This document shows positions 40,715-50,093 of a stretch of 64,000 nucleotides of DNA, in pieces. Where the stretch lies: NCBI GenBank assembly GCA_041678685.1, contig JBAYNV010000002.1, positions 246 to 64,245 on the forward strand, read 5' to 3'. The DNA is from Clostridia bacterium. GTDB lineage: Bacteria; Bacillota; Clostridia; DUPQ01. Made by a program: the position numbers and the translations under genes. Each line of letters begins with the position of its first letter. The first letter of the stretch is position 1. The notes under the pieces were generated by a model. The model did no database searches and was not told the origin of the DNA. It saw nothing but the letters and a program-made list of their open reading frames with translations.

Positions 40715-41961
40715 TGAAACCCGAATTGCTGGCTCCCGCTGGAAACAGGGAAAAAATGAAGGTTGCCTTTGAATATGGCGCAGATGCCGTTTATCTGGGG
40801 CTGACCAGATTCAGTTTACGAGATAAATCAGAGAATTTCAGTCCCGAAGAATTATTCGAGGCTGTCGTATATTCGCATGGAATAAATAAAAAAGTATATG
40901 TTACAGTGAATATAATTCCAAAGAATAAGGATCTTGATGATATAAAAGTACTGTTGCAGCAGATAAATGAAGCAAAACCGGACGGTATAATAATAGCGGA
41001 TCCGGGTGTTATAGCATATGCAAAGAAATATGCCAAAGGCATAGATATACATGTAAGCACGCAGGCAAACATAATCAACAGGGAAAGCGCAAAATTATTC
41101 TGCAGGCTGGGTGCAAAAAGGCTGATACTCGGCAGGGAACTTACTTTGAACGATGTCAGGGAAATCAAAAAGGCCATTGGTAAAGAACATGAGATCGAAA
41201 TATTCGTTCACGGAGCCATGTGTGTCTCATATTCGGGGAGATGCCTTTTGAGTGCATACATGACAGGCAGGGATTCAAACCAGGGAGACTGCGCACAGCC
41301 ATGCAGATGGAATTATTCATTGATGGAGGAGAAGAGACCCGGGCAGTATTATCCTGTATATGAAGACGAAAACGGATCATATATATTGAATTCGAAAGAT
41401 CTCTGCATGATAGAATACATAAAGGAACTTATCGAATGCGGTTCCGACAGTTTTAAGATAGAAGGGCGCATGAAAAGTTCTTTTTACGTTGCGTGCGTTG
41501 TAAAAGGCTACAGGATGGCGCTGGATGGCTTTTTCCTTGACCCTGGGATATACGAGGCCAATAAGGATGAATATCTTAGGATCGTAAGCATGGCGAGTCA
41601 CCGGGACTATACTACTGCATATAACCTGGGTGATGAGGATCATATCAGAAAAACAAAAGATTCAATGATATACAGTACATCAAGTTATGTCAGGACCCAT
41701 TCCTATGTCGGGATCGTTATCGATTATGACCCGGTTCATTCACTTGCCAAGATCAGGGAAATGAATCCGTTATTTGAAGGCGATGAGATACAGATGTTGG
41801 TACCCGGTGAAAGCAACTTCAGGCAGAAAGCGCATACGATGTCTGATGAAAATAACGAATCAATAAAAGCAGCAAACCATCCGGAAATGATATATTATAT
41901 GAAAATGGACAGACCCGTAAGAAAAGACACAATAATTATTACTGAGGTGAAGAATGGATAA
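40714..41961 (+). CDS. trhP: peptidase U32 family protein (TrhP/YrrO-like)
   Basis: MKPELLAPAGN N-terminus characteristic of the U32 family; synteny with mltG-trmR. Confidence 0.75.
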   Translation: MKPELLAPAGNREKMKVAFEYGADAVYLGLTRFSLRDKSENFSPEELFEAVVYSHGINKKVYVTVNIIPKNKDLDDIKVLLQQINEAKPDGIIIADPGVIAYAKKYAKGIDIHVSTQANIINRESAKLFCRLGAKRLILGRELTLNDVREIKKAIGKEHEIEIFVHGAMCVSYSGRCLLSAYMTGRDSNQGDCAQPCRWNYSLMEEKRPGQYYPVYEDENGSYILNSKDLCMIEYIKELIECGSDSFKIEGRMKSSFYVACVVKGYRMALDGFFLDPGIYEANKDEYLRIVSMASHRDYTTAYNLGDEDHIRKTKDSMIYSTSSYVRTHSYVGIVIDYDPVHSLAKIREMNPLFEGDEIQMLVPGESNFRQKAHTMSDENNESIKAANHPEMIYYMKMDRPVRKDTIIITEVKNG

Positions 41962-43201
41962 AAAGATAGGTTTTATCGGAGCCGGGAATATGGGAAGCTC
42001 CCTTATAAAAGGTTTTAAAAAGAGCGGTTCAGTCATATATATAACCGACAAGGATATAACCAAGGTGGAAAATCTTCTTGACAAGAAAACGAAAATACTG
42101 GCTACTGTTCATGATGTTATAAAAAAGTCAGATACGGTGATCATCTGTGTAAAACCAAACCAGATGGATGATCTGCTGACGGATATCAGCAGTTTTGATA
42201 TCGATCTTGCTGATAAACTGTTCATATCGATAGCTGCAGGAAGGAAGATCGCATCATATGAAAAAATACTAAAAGGTATAAGATGCATCCGTGTAATGCC
42301 AAATATGCCGGCATCCATTTCATTGGGTATGACATCTCTGTGTAAAGGAAGTTATGCTTCCGATGCTGATATGGAGCATGCAGAGGAGCTTTTCGGTTTT
42401 ATTGGCAAAACGGTGGTAGTTGAAGATGAGAGCCTTATGAACATCACGACTGCAGTCGCAGGTTCAGGACCTGCATTTGTTTTCATGTTCATAAAAGCGC
42501 TGCAGGACACTGCCATGAACAATGGTATATCAGCTGATGATGCAAGGATGATGGCATGCCAGACGGTGATAGGTTCAGCATCATATGTGCTGGAAGATGG
42601 AAGGAACATCGATGACCTTATAAAATCCATCTGTTCGCCTAATGGTACGACGATCGAAGGTGTTAACAGACTTAACGGGAAAGACTTTATGAATATAGTA
42701 AAAGAAGCGGTCGAAGTAACGAAAAACAGATGTATAGAAATGAGCGGTGATATAAAAAGATCCGAAATAGTAGAGATATATACTGATGGCGCATGTCAGA
42801 ATAATCCCGGTCCCGGAGGTTACGGAGCAATATTGATATATAACGGAACGGAAAAGGAAATATCCGGATATAAGGCAGAGACTACCAATAACGAAATGGA
42901 ACTTACCGCTGCAGTAGAAGCTTTGAAGCTTCTAAAGAAAACCTGCGAAGTAGTGCTTTATTCGGATTCGTCATATCTTATAAATGCGTTCAACCAAAAG
43001 TGGGTCGATAGCTGGAGATCAAACGGATGGGTAAGGGACAAAAACGGTGAAGTCAAGAATCTGGAGTTATGGAAAACACTCGATGCATACAACAATACAC
43101 ACAGGATGACATGGGTGAAGGTAAAAGGACACAGCGACAATAAATACAATAACAGATGTGATAAGCTTGCCAGGGATGCGATAAAGAATAAAGGTATCTG
43201 A
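41954..43201 (+). CDS. fusion ORF: pyrroline-5-carboxylate reductase (ProC) N-domain plus RNase HI C-domain
   Basis: Residues 1-~265 carry ProC motifs GFIGAGNMG, KPN, ISIAAG, RVMPNMP, GSGPAF. Residues ~270-415 are RNase HI: YTDGACQNNPGPGGYGAIL (Asp), TNNEMEL (Glu), YSDSSYL (Asp), KGHSDNKYNNRCDKLAR (Asp). Continuous frame, no stop. Confidence 0.75.
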   Translation: MDKKIGFIGAGNMGSSLIKGFKKSGSVIYITDKDITKVENLLDKKTKILATVHDVIKKSDTVIICVKPNQMDDLLTDISSFDIDLADKLFISIAAGRKIASYEKILKGIRCIRVMPNMPASISLGMTSLCKGSYASDADMEHAEELFGFIGKTVVVEDESLMNITTAVAGSGPAFVFMFIKALQDTAMNNGISADDARMMACQTVIGSASYVLEDGRNIDDLIKSICSPNGTTIEGVNRLNGKDFMNIVKEAVEVTKNRCIEMSGDIKRSEIVEIYTDGACQNNPGPGGYGAILIYNGTEKEISGYKAETTNNEMELTAAVEALKLLKKTCEVVLYSDSSYLINAFNQKWVDSWRSNGWVRDKNGEVKNLELWKTLDAYNNTHRMTWVKVKGHSDNKYNNRCDKLARDAIKNKGI

Positions 43202-45162
43202 TGACAAAAAAAAGTATTGAGATCATAAGCACGCCTGAATCTATATTTCTTGCTTCTCTGTTTAAAAGACTGTTTTTCGCAAAGTCAAAAAACAGGATGA
43301 GAACGCCTTCAAAGAACAAGATCGCAAGGTTCTCCTCTGACATTTACCACATGTATAAACAAAGGATCACTGTTAATAATGCTGAAATGTATATAAGAAG
43401 AGCAAGACTCATGCTGAAAAATGTAATGCCATTTTTCAGTGAAACCTCCTGCACTGAAGAGATGCTTGATGAGATACTAAAAAAAATGGCATGCACTGAA
43501 TTATATATGTATGAGATATATAAAACAGGGCAATATGTATATCCTGATGTTTTTGATATGTTTGAAGATGAGAAAACTGCAGCCAAACTGGTGAACAACA
43601 CAGTTCTTGATCTATATAGAACCGTTTTTCTTAGAAGGATAGCGAAAGAACAGATAGAGAAACTGATACCTGACAATCCGAAAGATGAATATCCCGAAAC
43701 AAGGAAAATGAAAAGACAGTTTATTATTCATATCGGTCTGACTAATACCGGGAAGACTTACAGCGCGCTTGAGGCATTAAAAGCAGCAAAAAAAGGCGCA
43801 TATCTTTCACCTTTAAGATTACTTGCTCTGGAGGTGCAGGAACGCCTTATAGATGATAATGTACCATGCAGTATGCTCACAGGAGAGGAAGAAGATATAA
43901 TCGAAGGGGCTGATCACATAGCATCAACAGTTGAGAAAGCAAATTACAGCGAGCATTATGATGTTGTTGTAATAGATGAATGCCAGCTTATACAGGATGA
44001 AGACAGGGGATGCTGGTGGACAAAGGCGATACTTGGAATGAAAGGTGCCGAAATGCACTTATGCTGTGCGCCGGAAGCCAAAGACATACTTGTTACTATC
44101 GTAGAGGATTGTAAAGACAAGTATAAAATAGTTGAGCACACAAGGAATACCGATCTCGTCTTTTCAAAAAAGCCATTCAGACTCGAGAAAGCGGAAAGAG
44201 GCGATGCTCTTGTTGTTTTTTCCAGAAAGAGCGTTTTACGGGTCGCAGATGAGCTTTACAGATCCGGAAAGAAAGCAAGCATGATCTATGGTGCATTGCC
44301 ATATAAAACAAGAAAAGAACAGTTGAAAATGTTTCTTGAAGGTAAAACCGATGTTGTCGTTGCGACAGATGCAATAGGTATGGGTCTTAATCTGCCTATA
44401 AGAAGGATAGTATTTCTGGAAACCGAGAAATATGATGGAACACAGACAAGGATGCTGGTACCATGGGAAGTGAAACAGATCGCAGGCAGGGCAGGCAGAC
44501 AGGGAATGTACGAAAAAGGATATGTGTCAACAGTAAGCGATCCTGAAATCATACAGCAGAGCCTTGATACTCCAAATAGTAGAATCGAATATGCGTATCT
44601 TGGATTTTCGGATGTTTTGCTGGATATAGACTGTGACATCGTAGATGCTTTGAAAATATGGAAGTCTATGCCAACAGGCAGCTTTTATGTGAAACAGGAT
44701 GTGACAAGGACAATAAATCTATGCGAGCTTGTAAAAAAGATACACGATTCATTTACGAAAAAAGAAATGCTTCGGCTGTCTTCCATACCATTTGACGAGG
44801 GAAACGAAACGGTACTGGAGCTTTTCAAGGATTACACGCTGTTATATTCATATAAGGAGGAAATATTTAAACCGTCTCTTAAGGGTTATAGCCTCATCGC
44901 TCTTGAGGACTACTATAAGTGTCTTGACCTGTATTATTCATTTGCAAAGAATATGGGATATAAACCAGATTTCGTATGGCTTAAAGACAAGAAGCTGGAG
45001 ATCGCAGACAGGATAAACAGGGAGCTTATGGACCATTCATCATTAAAAAGAGTAAAATGCAGCATATGCGGCAGGCCTTTGAATAAATATGACAGGAACG
45101 GGATATGCAGGATCTGTGAAAATGATAATAATCTTATTGAATTAGCGGTGAATAAAAACTAA
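43201..45162 (+). CDS. SUV3-family ATP-dependent helicase with C-terminal CxxC...CxxC zinc ribbon
   Basis: IIHIGLTNTGKTYSALE (motif I), SPLRLLALEVQERL, TGEE, VVVIDECQLIQDEDRGCWWTKAILG (DExQ, motif II), VATDAIGMGLNLPIRRIVF. C-terminal CSICGRPLN...CRICEN. Start overlaps the upstream stop (ATGA). Confidence 0.7.
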   Translation: MTKKSIEIISTPESIFLASLFKRLFFAKSKNRMRTPSKNKIARFSSDIYHMYKQRITVNNAEMYIRRARLMLKNVMPFFSETSCTEEMLDEILKKMACTELYMYEIYKTGQYVYPDVFDMFEDEKTAAKLVNNTVLDLYRTVFLRRIAKEQIEKLIPDNPKDEYPETRKMKRQFIIHIGLTNTGKTYSALEALKAAKKGAYLSPLRLLALEVQERLIDDNVPCSMLTGEEEDIIEGADHIASTVEKANYSEHYDVVVIDECQLIQDEDRGCWWTKAILGMKGAEMHLCCAPEAKDILVTIVEDCKDKYKIVEHTRNTDLVFSKKPFRLEKAERGDALVVFSRKSVLRVADELYRSGKKASMIYGALPYKTRKEQLKMFLEGKTDVVVATDAIGMGLNLPIRRIVFLETEKYDGTQTRMLVPWEVKQIAGRAGRQGMYEKGYVSTVSDPEIIQQSLDTPNSRIEYAYLGFSDVLLDIDCDIVDALKIWKSMPTGSFYVKQDVTRTINLCELVKKIHDSFTKKEMLRLSSIPFDEGNETVLELFKDYTLLYSYKEEIFKPSLKGYSLIALEDYYKCLDLYYSFAKNMGYKPDFVWLKDKKLEIADRINRELMDHSSLKRVKCSICGRPLNKYDRNGICRICENDNNLIELAVNKN

Positions 45163-45217
45163 TATATAGGTGTATCATGTGTGTGAAAAAATATATGGGT
45201 AATAGGAGTTTCATATT

Positions 45218-45877
45218 ATGAAAAGAGCACTGATCATGTGGGGCGGCTGGAAAGGCCATGAACCTGAACAGGTAGGTATCATTTTTGAGAATGTGTTGGA
45301 AAAAGAAGGATTTGAAGTTACGAGGACCGATACGCAGGATGTTTTAGGAGATCTTTCGGCACTGAAAGAATTTGATCTTTTCATTCCTCTTTGGACCATG
45401 GGTGAGATCGCAAACGATTATGTCAATAATGTCAGCGAAGCTTTAGGTGAATTCGGAGTCGGAATGGCGGGTTGCCACGGCGGGATGTGCGATTCATTCA
45501 GGCAGAGCACGAAATGGCAGTTTATAACCGGATCGCAGTGGGTCGACCATCCGGGTAATGACGGAACAGAATATATGGTAAATATCAAAAAAACATCTGA
45601 TTCAGAGATCATTAAAGGGATAGATGATTTTAAGGTGACATCGGAGCAGTATTACATACATGTCGATCCTGCAGTAAATGTACTGGCTACAACAAGATTC
45701 CCTCTAAAACCCGGTTATTATACGGCAAACGGAGCAGTTGATGTTCCGGTAGTCTATACGAAGAGATGGGGAAAAGCCAAAATTTTCTATAACAGCCTTG
45801 GACATGTTGCAAATGTGTTTGATATACCTGAAGCTTTGGAATTAATGCGCCGGGGATTTTTATGGGCGGCAAGATAA
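45218..45877 (+). CDS. ThuA-like / class-I glutamine-amidotransferase-like domain protein
   Basis: ALIMWGGWKGHEP N-terminus resembling the ThuA family; adjacent Gfo/Idh/MocA oxidoreductase (ThuB-like pairing). Confidence 0.4.
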   Translation: MKRALIMWGGWKGHEPEQVGIIFENVLEKEGFEVTRTDTQDVLGDLSALKEFDLFIPLWTMGEIANDYVNNVSEALGEFGVGMAGCHGGMCDSFRQSTKWQFITGSQWVDHPGNDGTEYMVNIKKTSDSEIIKGIDDFKVTSEQYYIHVDPAVNVLATTRFPLKPGYYTANGAVDVPVVYTKRWGKAKIFYNSLGHVANVFDIPEALELMRRGFLWAAR

Positions 45878-45888
45878 GGAGAGCATAA

Positions 45889-46992
45889 ATGAAAAAGGTA
45901 AATTTGGGAATAGTGGGATGCGGATGTATAAGCGGTATATATTTTAAGAACCTTACTACTGTGTTTAATGACATAATCAACGTATATGCATGTGCTGACC
46001 TGATTAAGGAAAGAGTCGAAAAAGCAGCACAGGAATATAATGTGCCTCATATAATGACTTTTGAAGAGATGCTTATATGCGAAGATATTGAATTGATCCT
46101 GTGCATCACACAGCCATGCTTCCATTATGATATCTGTAAAAGGGCTTTACTTGCCGGCAAGAATGTTTATACTGAAAAACCATTAAGTCTTGAATTCGGT
46201 CAGGGTAAAGAGCTTATGGATATAGCAAAAGAGAAGGGTCTGCTTCTTGGAGGCGCTCCGGATACCTTCATGGGAGCCGGGATACAGACATGCAGGAAGC
46301 TCATAGATGACGGATATATAGGTGATATAGTCGGAGCTACAGCCTTCATGATGAGCAAAGGCCATGAAAGCTGGCATCCGGATCCTGAGTTCTATTACAA
46401 AGCAGGCGGAGGGCCGATGTTCGATATGGGACCGTATTACATAACGGCTCTCATAAATCTGATGGGATCAGTAAAAATCGTAGCAGGCATGAACAACACT
46501 GCATTCGAAGAAAGAACGATCACAAGCCAGCCTCATTATATGGAGAAGATTAGAGTTGAGACGCCAACCCATGTATCGGCAATGTTATGTTTCACAAGCG
46601 GAGCGACCGCAAGCATCATAACAACATTTGACTGTAAAAAGAGCGATCTGCCTCTGATAGAGATATATGGAACAAAGGGAAGCATCAAAGTTCCTGATCC
46701 GAACTGCTTTGGAGGACCCGTCATGTTAGCGACATCCGATGGAACAGGGTATAAGGAAGTACCGCTCACTCATATTTATAATGAGAACAGCAGAGGGCTG
46801 GGGCTTGCTGATATGGCTTTAAGCATACGTACCAAGGATGCACCAAGAGCGGGTTGTCAGCAGAACGGCCATGTACTGGAAATAATGGATGCGGTTTTCA
46901 GGAGTTTTAAAACCGGCAGATATTATAAAATGACAACAAAATACAGAAGAATGAAGCCTATGAGCCGTGATATCATAAAGGGACAGATCTGA
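45889..46992 (+). CDS. Gfo/Idh/MocA family NAD(P)-dependent oxidoreductase
   Basis: N-terminal Rossmann motif LGIVGCGCISG; signature YTEKPLS motif. Confidence 0.85.
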   Translation: MKKVNLGIVGCGCISGIYFKNLTTVFNDIINVYACADLIKERVEKAAQEYNVPHIMTFEEMLICEDIELILCITQPCFHYDICKRALLAGKNVYTEKPLSLEFGQGKELMDIAKEKGLLLGGAPDTFMGAGIQTCRKLIDDGYIGDIVGATAFMMSKGHESWHPDPEFYYKAGGGPMFDMGPYYITALINLMGSVKIVAGMNNTAFEERTITSQPHYMEKIRVETPTHVSAMLCFTSGATASIITTFDCKKSDLPLIEIYGTKGSIKVPDPNCFGGPVMLATSDGTGYKEVPLTHIYNENSRGLGLADMALSIRTKDAPRAGCQQNGHVLEIMDAVFRSFKTGRYYKMTTKYRRMKPMSRDIIKGQI

Positions 46993-47066
46993 CGGTAAAA
47001 AAATATGCTTGATATGGTAGATTTTCTGTGTTATATTAGTAAGGCTTGAAATTTGGGAGGTAACGA

Positions 47067-47312
47067 ATGAGTGACACATTGAAGATAGTAGTTGGTATTG
47101 TACATATAATAGTATGTCTTGCAGTAATAGTAATGGTACTGATGCAATCCGGTAAATCAGGCGGATTGTCCGGAAGCATAGCAGGCGGAGCGGAAACCTT
47201 CTTCGGGAAAACCAAAGGTAAAGCAATAGATCAGATCCTTGGCAAGTATACAGTATATATAGCAATATTCTTTGCAGTTACAGCTATACTCCTTTACCTT
47301 ATATTAAAATGA
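47067..47312 (+). CDS. secG: preprotein translocase subunit SecG
   Basis: Two TM helices with LMQSGKSGGLSG between them; 81 aa. Confidence 0.85.
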   Translation: MSDTLKIVVGIVHIIVCLAVIVMVLMQSGKSGGLSGSIAGGAETFFGKTKGKAIDQILGKYTVYIAIFFAVTAILLYLILK

Positions 47313-47356
47313 TCGTCTGCTGAACGTTATATTTGATTTTCGATCCTAATTCACAT

Positions 47357-47381
47357 GAAAAGACCATAACGGTCTTTTTTG
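47357..47381 (+). terminator. rho-independent terminator after secG
   Basis: GAAAAGACC-ataac-GGTCTTTTTTG. Confidence 0.65.
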
Positions 47382-47431
47382 ATTTGCCTTAACGGATGTT
47401 CGATCAGTCTGTATGAAATGTGCAGATTACG

Positions 47432-47440
47432 TGATATAAT
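47432..47440 (+). promoter_or_regulatory. extended -10 promoter (TGaTATAAT) for ruvC-ruvA-ruvB-queH
   Basis: TGATATAAT lies 20 nt upstream of the ruvC ATG, with RBS AAGGAG. Confidence 0.4.
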
Positions 47441-47460
47441 CAGAAAATAAGGAGTATTCT

Positions 47461-47964
47461 ATGCGGATAATGGGTATCGATCCCGGATTTGCTATAATGG
47501 GTTATGGGATCATAAACTATGATAACGGTAAAGTGGAAGTGCTTGAATATGGAGTCATAAAGACCGAAGCACACACAGATTTCAACAAAAGACTGCTGGC
47601 CAATTATATGGGAATAAAGGAAGTATTGGATAGGTATGAACCTGATCATGTAGCAATGGAATCCTTATTCTATAACACGAACCAGAAGACCGTGATAAAT
47701 GTCTGCCAGTCAAGAGGTGTAGCGGTACTGGCTGTGGCTCAGAAAGACAAACCTTTTTTTGAATACACTCCGCTTCAGATAAAACAGGCTCTTGTGGGTT
47801 ATGGCAGGGCGGACAAGAACCAGGTACAGCAGATGGTTAAAGTATTAGGTAACCTGAAAGATATCCCAAAACCTGATGATGCTGCCGATGCTCTGGCTGT
47901 TGCCATATGTCATGCGAATTCCTACAGAGCTGAAAGGATTATGAAGAAATGTACGAATATATAA
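47461..47964 (+). CDS. ruvC: Holliday junction resolvase RuvC
   Basis: MRIMGIDPGFAIMGYGII, catalytic acidic residues, DAADALAVAICHA. Confidence 0.9.
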   Translation: MRIMGIDPGFAIMGYGIINYDNGKVEVLEYGVIKTEAHTDFNKRLLANYMGIKEVLDRYEPDHVAMESLFYNTNQKTVINVCQSRGVAVLAVAQKDKPFFEYTPLQIKQALVGYGRADKNQVQQMVKVLGNLKDIPKPDDAADALAVAICHANSYRAERIMKKCTNI

Positions 47965-48539
47965 AAGGGAAACTGATAACGAAAAAACAGGATCATGTCG
48001 TCATAGATAATAACGGTATAGGATTCAAGATATTTACCAGCCTGCATTCCATGACAAAGATGCAGCCGGATGACGATGTCCTGATGCATACATACCTTCA
48101 TGTAAGGGAAGACATTATGCAGATATTCGGATTTGCGGAAGAGGAAGAGCTTTTTCTTTTCAATCTGCTTATAAGCATATCAGGTATCGGTCCAAAAGCA
48201 GCTCTGTCGATACTTTCAGTTATGACACCGTCGGAGGTAGCTTTATCGGTCGTCAGCGATGATGCCGCATCTCTGTCAAAAGCTCCGGGTGTAGGTAAGA
48301 AGACAGCAATGAGGATAATACTTGAGCTTAAAGACAAATTAAAAGGATTGGCTATTTCTGAAAAACCGTCAGTCAATGAATGTATATCGAAAGACGATAA
48401 ATATGATGAGATAACCAATGCGCTTCTGGTACTTGGGTATCAGCCAAAATATGCACAGGAAGCTTTAGATCATGTATATGATATGAATGATACACTGCAG
48501 AACAATATCAGAAAAGCACTAAATTACCTGAAAAAATAG
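47949..48539 (+). CDS. ruvA: Holliday junction DNA helicase subunit RuvA
   Basis: MYEYIKGKL...GIGF; HhH motifs GIGPKAAL and PGVGKKTA. Confidence 0.9.
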   Translation: MYEYIKGKLITKKQDHVVIDNNGIGFKIFTSLHSMTKMQPDDDVLMHTYLHVREDIMQIFGFAEEEELFLFNLLISISGIGPKAALSILSVMTPSEVALSVVSDDAASLSKAPGVGKKTAMRIILELKDKLKGLAISEKPSVNECISKDDKYDEITNALLVLGYQPKYAQEALDHVYDMNDTLQNNIRKALNYLKK

Positions 48540-48553
48540 GAGATCATGATTTA

Positions 48554-49555
48554 ATGGATGAAGAAAGATTTGTAACACCTACTTTTATTAAGAACGATCA
48601 GAGTGAAACCACACTTCGTCCCAAAGTTTTCGAAGAATATTTTGGGCAGGTAAAAATAAAAGCGAATCTCAAGGTTTTTATAGAAGCTGCAAAAAAGAGA
48701 AATGAACCGATAGACCATGTTCTTCTTGCAGGCCCTCCGGGACTGGGAAAAACCACTCTTGCAGGGATAATCGCATCAGAAATGGGTGCGAACATAAGGG
48801 TGACAAGCGGACCCGCGATCGAGAAAGCAGGGGATCTTGCTGCAATTCTTACGAACTTAAATGAAAACGATGTGTTATTTATTGATGAGATACACAGGTT
48901 GAATAAGACTGTAGAAGAGATCCTGTATCCGGCAATGGAGGATTTTGCTCTTGATATTATAATAGGTAAAGGACCAAGCGCAAAGACAATCAGACTCGAT
49001 CTTAACCGTTTTACCCTTATCGGAGCAACAACTAAGACAGGAATGCTTTCATCGCCGTTAAGAGACAGATTTGGCGTTACATGCAGGTTGGAAATGTATT
49101 CTACGGATGAACTCTGTCAGATAGTGAACAGAAGCGCAGGATTATTAAACATTAATATAAACGAATACGGGGCGAGTGAGATAGCAAGAAGATCACGCGG
49201 TACTCCAAGGATCGCAAACAGGCTGTTAAAAAGGATAAGAGACTTTGCACAGGTCGAAGGCGAAGATGTAATTACAAGTGAAATAGCGGATTTCGGATTG
49301 TCAAAACTTGAGATTGATAAACTCGGGTTGGATAATACTGACAGAGCGATACTAGAAACAATAGTCAAAAAGTTTGCAGGAGGCCCTGTAGGGGTCGGCA
49401 CCCTTGCATCAAGTATAAACGAGGAAAGAGACACCATTGAGGATGTATACGAACCATATCTGCTGCAGTTAGGCTTCATTAAAAAGACTCCGAAAGGAAG
49501 ATGCGCTACCCGCCTGGCATATGAGCATCTGAATATACCATATGAGCAAAAATAG
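48554..49555 (+). CDS. ruvB: Holliday junction DNA helicase RuvB
   Basis: [48 protein letters not shown]. Confidence 0.95.
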   Translation: MDEERFVTPTFIKNDQSETTLRPKVFEEYFGQVKIKANLKVFIEAAKKRNEPIDHVLLAGPPGLGKTTLAGIIASEMGANIRVTSGPAIEKAGDLAAILTNLNENDVLFIDEIHRLNKTVEEILYPAMEDFALDIIIGKGPSAKTIRLDLNRFTLIGATTKTGMLSSPLRDRFGVTCRLEMYSTDELCQIVNRSAGLLNININEYGASEIARRSRGTPRIANRLLKRIRDFAQVEGEDVITSEIADFGLSKLEIDKLGLDNTDRAILETIVKKFAGGPVGVGTLASSINEERDTIEDVYEPYLLQLGFIKKTPKGRCATRLAYEHLNIPYEQK

Positions 49556-50093
49556 TTTGCTGCTGCACACATGTTGCGCACCATGCCTTGTATATGTTCA
49601 TAAAAAACTGAATGAATTGGGATCAGGATTTGATTCCTACTTTTACAATCCCAACATCCATCCGGTTATGGAGCACAGAAAAAGACTGGAAACGCTTACT
49701 GGGTATTGTGAAAGGTTTTCCATTGATCTTATAAAGAATGAGGAATTCCTTCAGGAACGCTGGGAATGCAAAGGCTATGAATGCCTGGACTGTTACAGGC
49801 TCAGGATGGAAGAAACGGCAAGATACGCAAAAGAACACGGATACAATGCTTTTTCCACCACATTACTAGTAAGTATTTATCAAAAACACGAAATAATAAA
49901 ACAAGTGTGTAATGACATGGCCGAAAAATATGGGATAGAATTCTTTTATTATGATTTTCGTGAAGGTTTCAGGGAAGGCCAGAATATGGCAAAAGAACTC
50001 GGATTATACAGACAGAAATACTGTGGATGCATAAACTCATATAACAGCTCTGTATTCAAAGACAAAATAACATGGACAGAGGAAAACAGATGA
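49542..50093 (+). CDS. queH: epoxyqueuosine reductase QueH (DUF208)
   Basis: [11 protein letters not shown]-terminal motif and conserved Cys pattern (CxxC, CGC) typical of QueH. Confidence 0.85.
   Translation: MSKNSLLLHTCCAPCLVYVHKKLNELGSGFDSYFYNPNIHPVMEHRKRLETLTGYCERFSIDLIKNEEFLQERWECKGYECLDCYRLRMEETARYAKEHGYNAFSTTLLVSIYQKHEIIKQVCNDMAEKYGIEFFYYDFREGFREGQNMAKELGLYRQKYCGCINSYNSSVFKDKITWTEENR

Noticed and set aside
45218-46992. ThuA-like plus Gfo/Idh/MocA pair as a novel system
   Set aside because: This is a common, previously described pairing (ThuA/ThuB-like sugar oxidoreductase module). The ThuA assignment itself is weak, but nothing suggests novelty.
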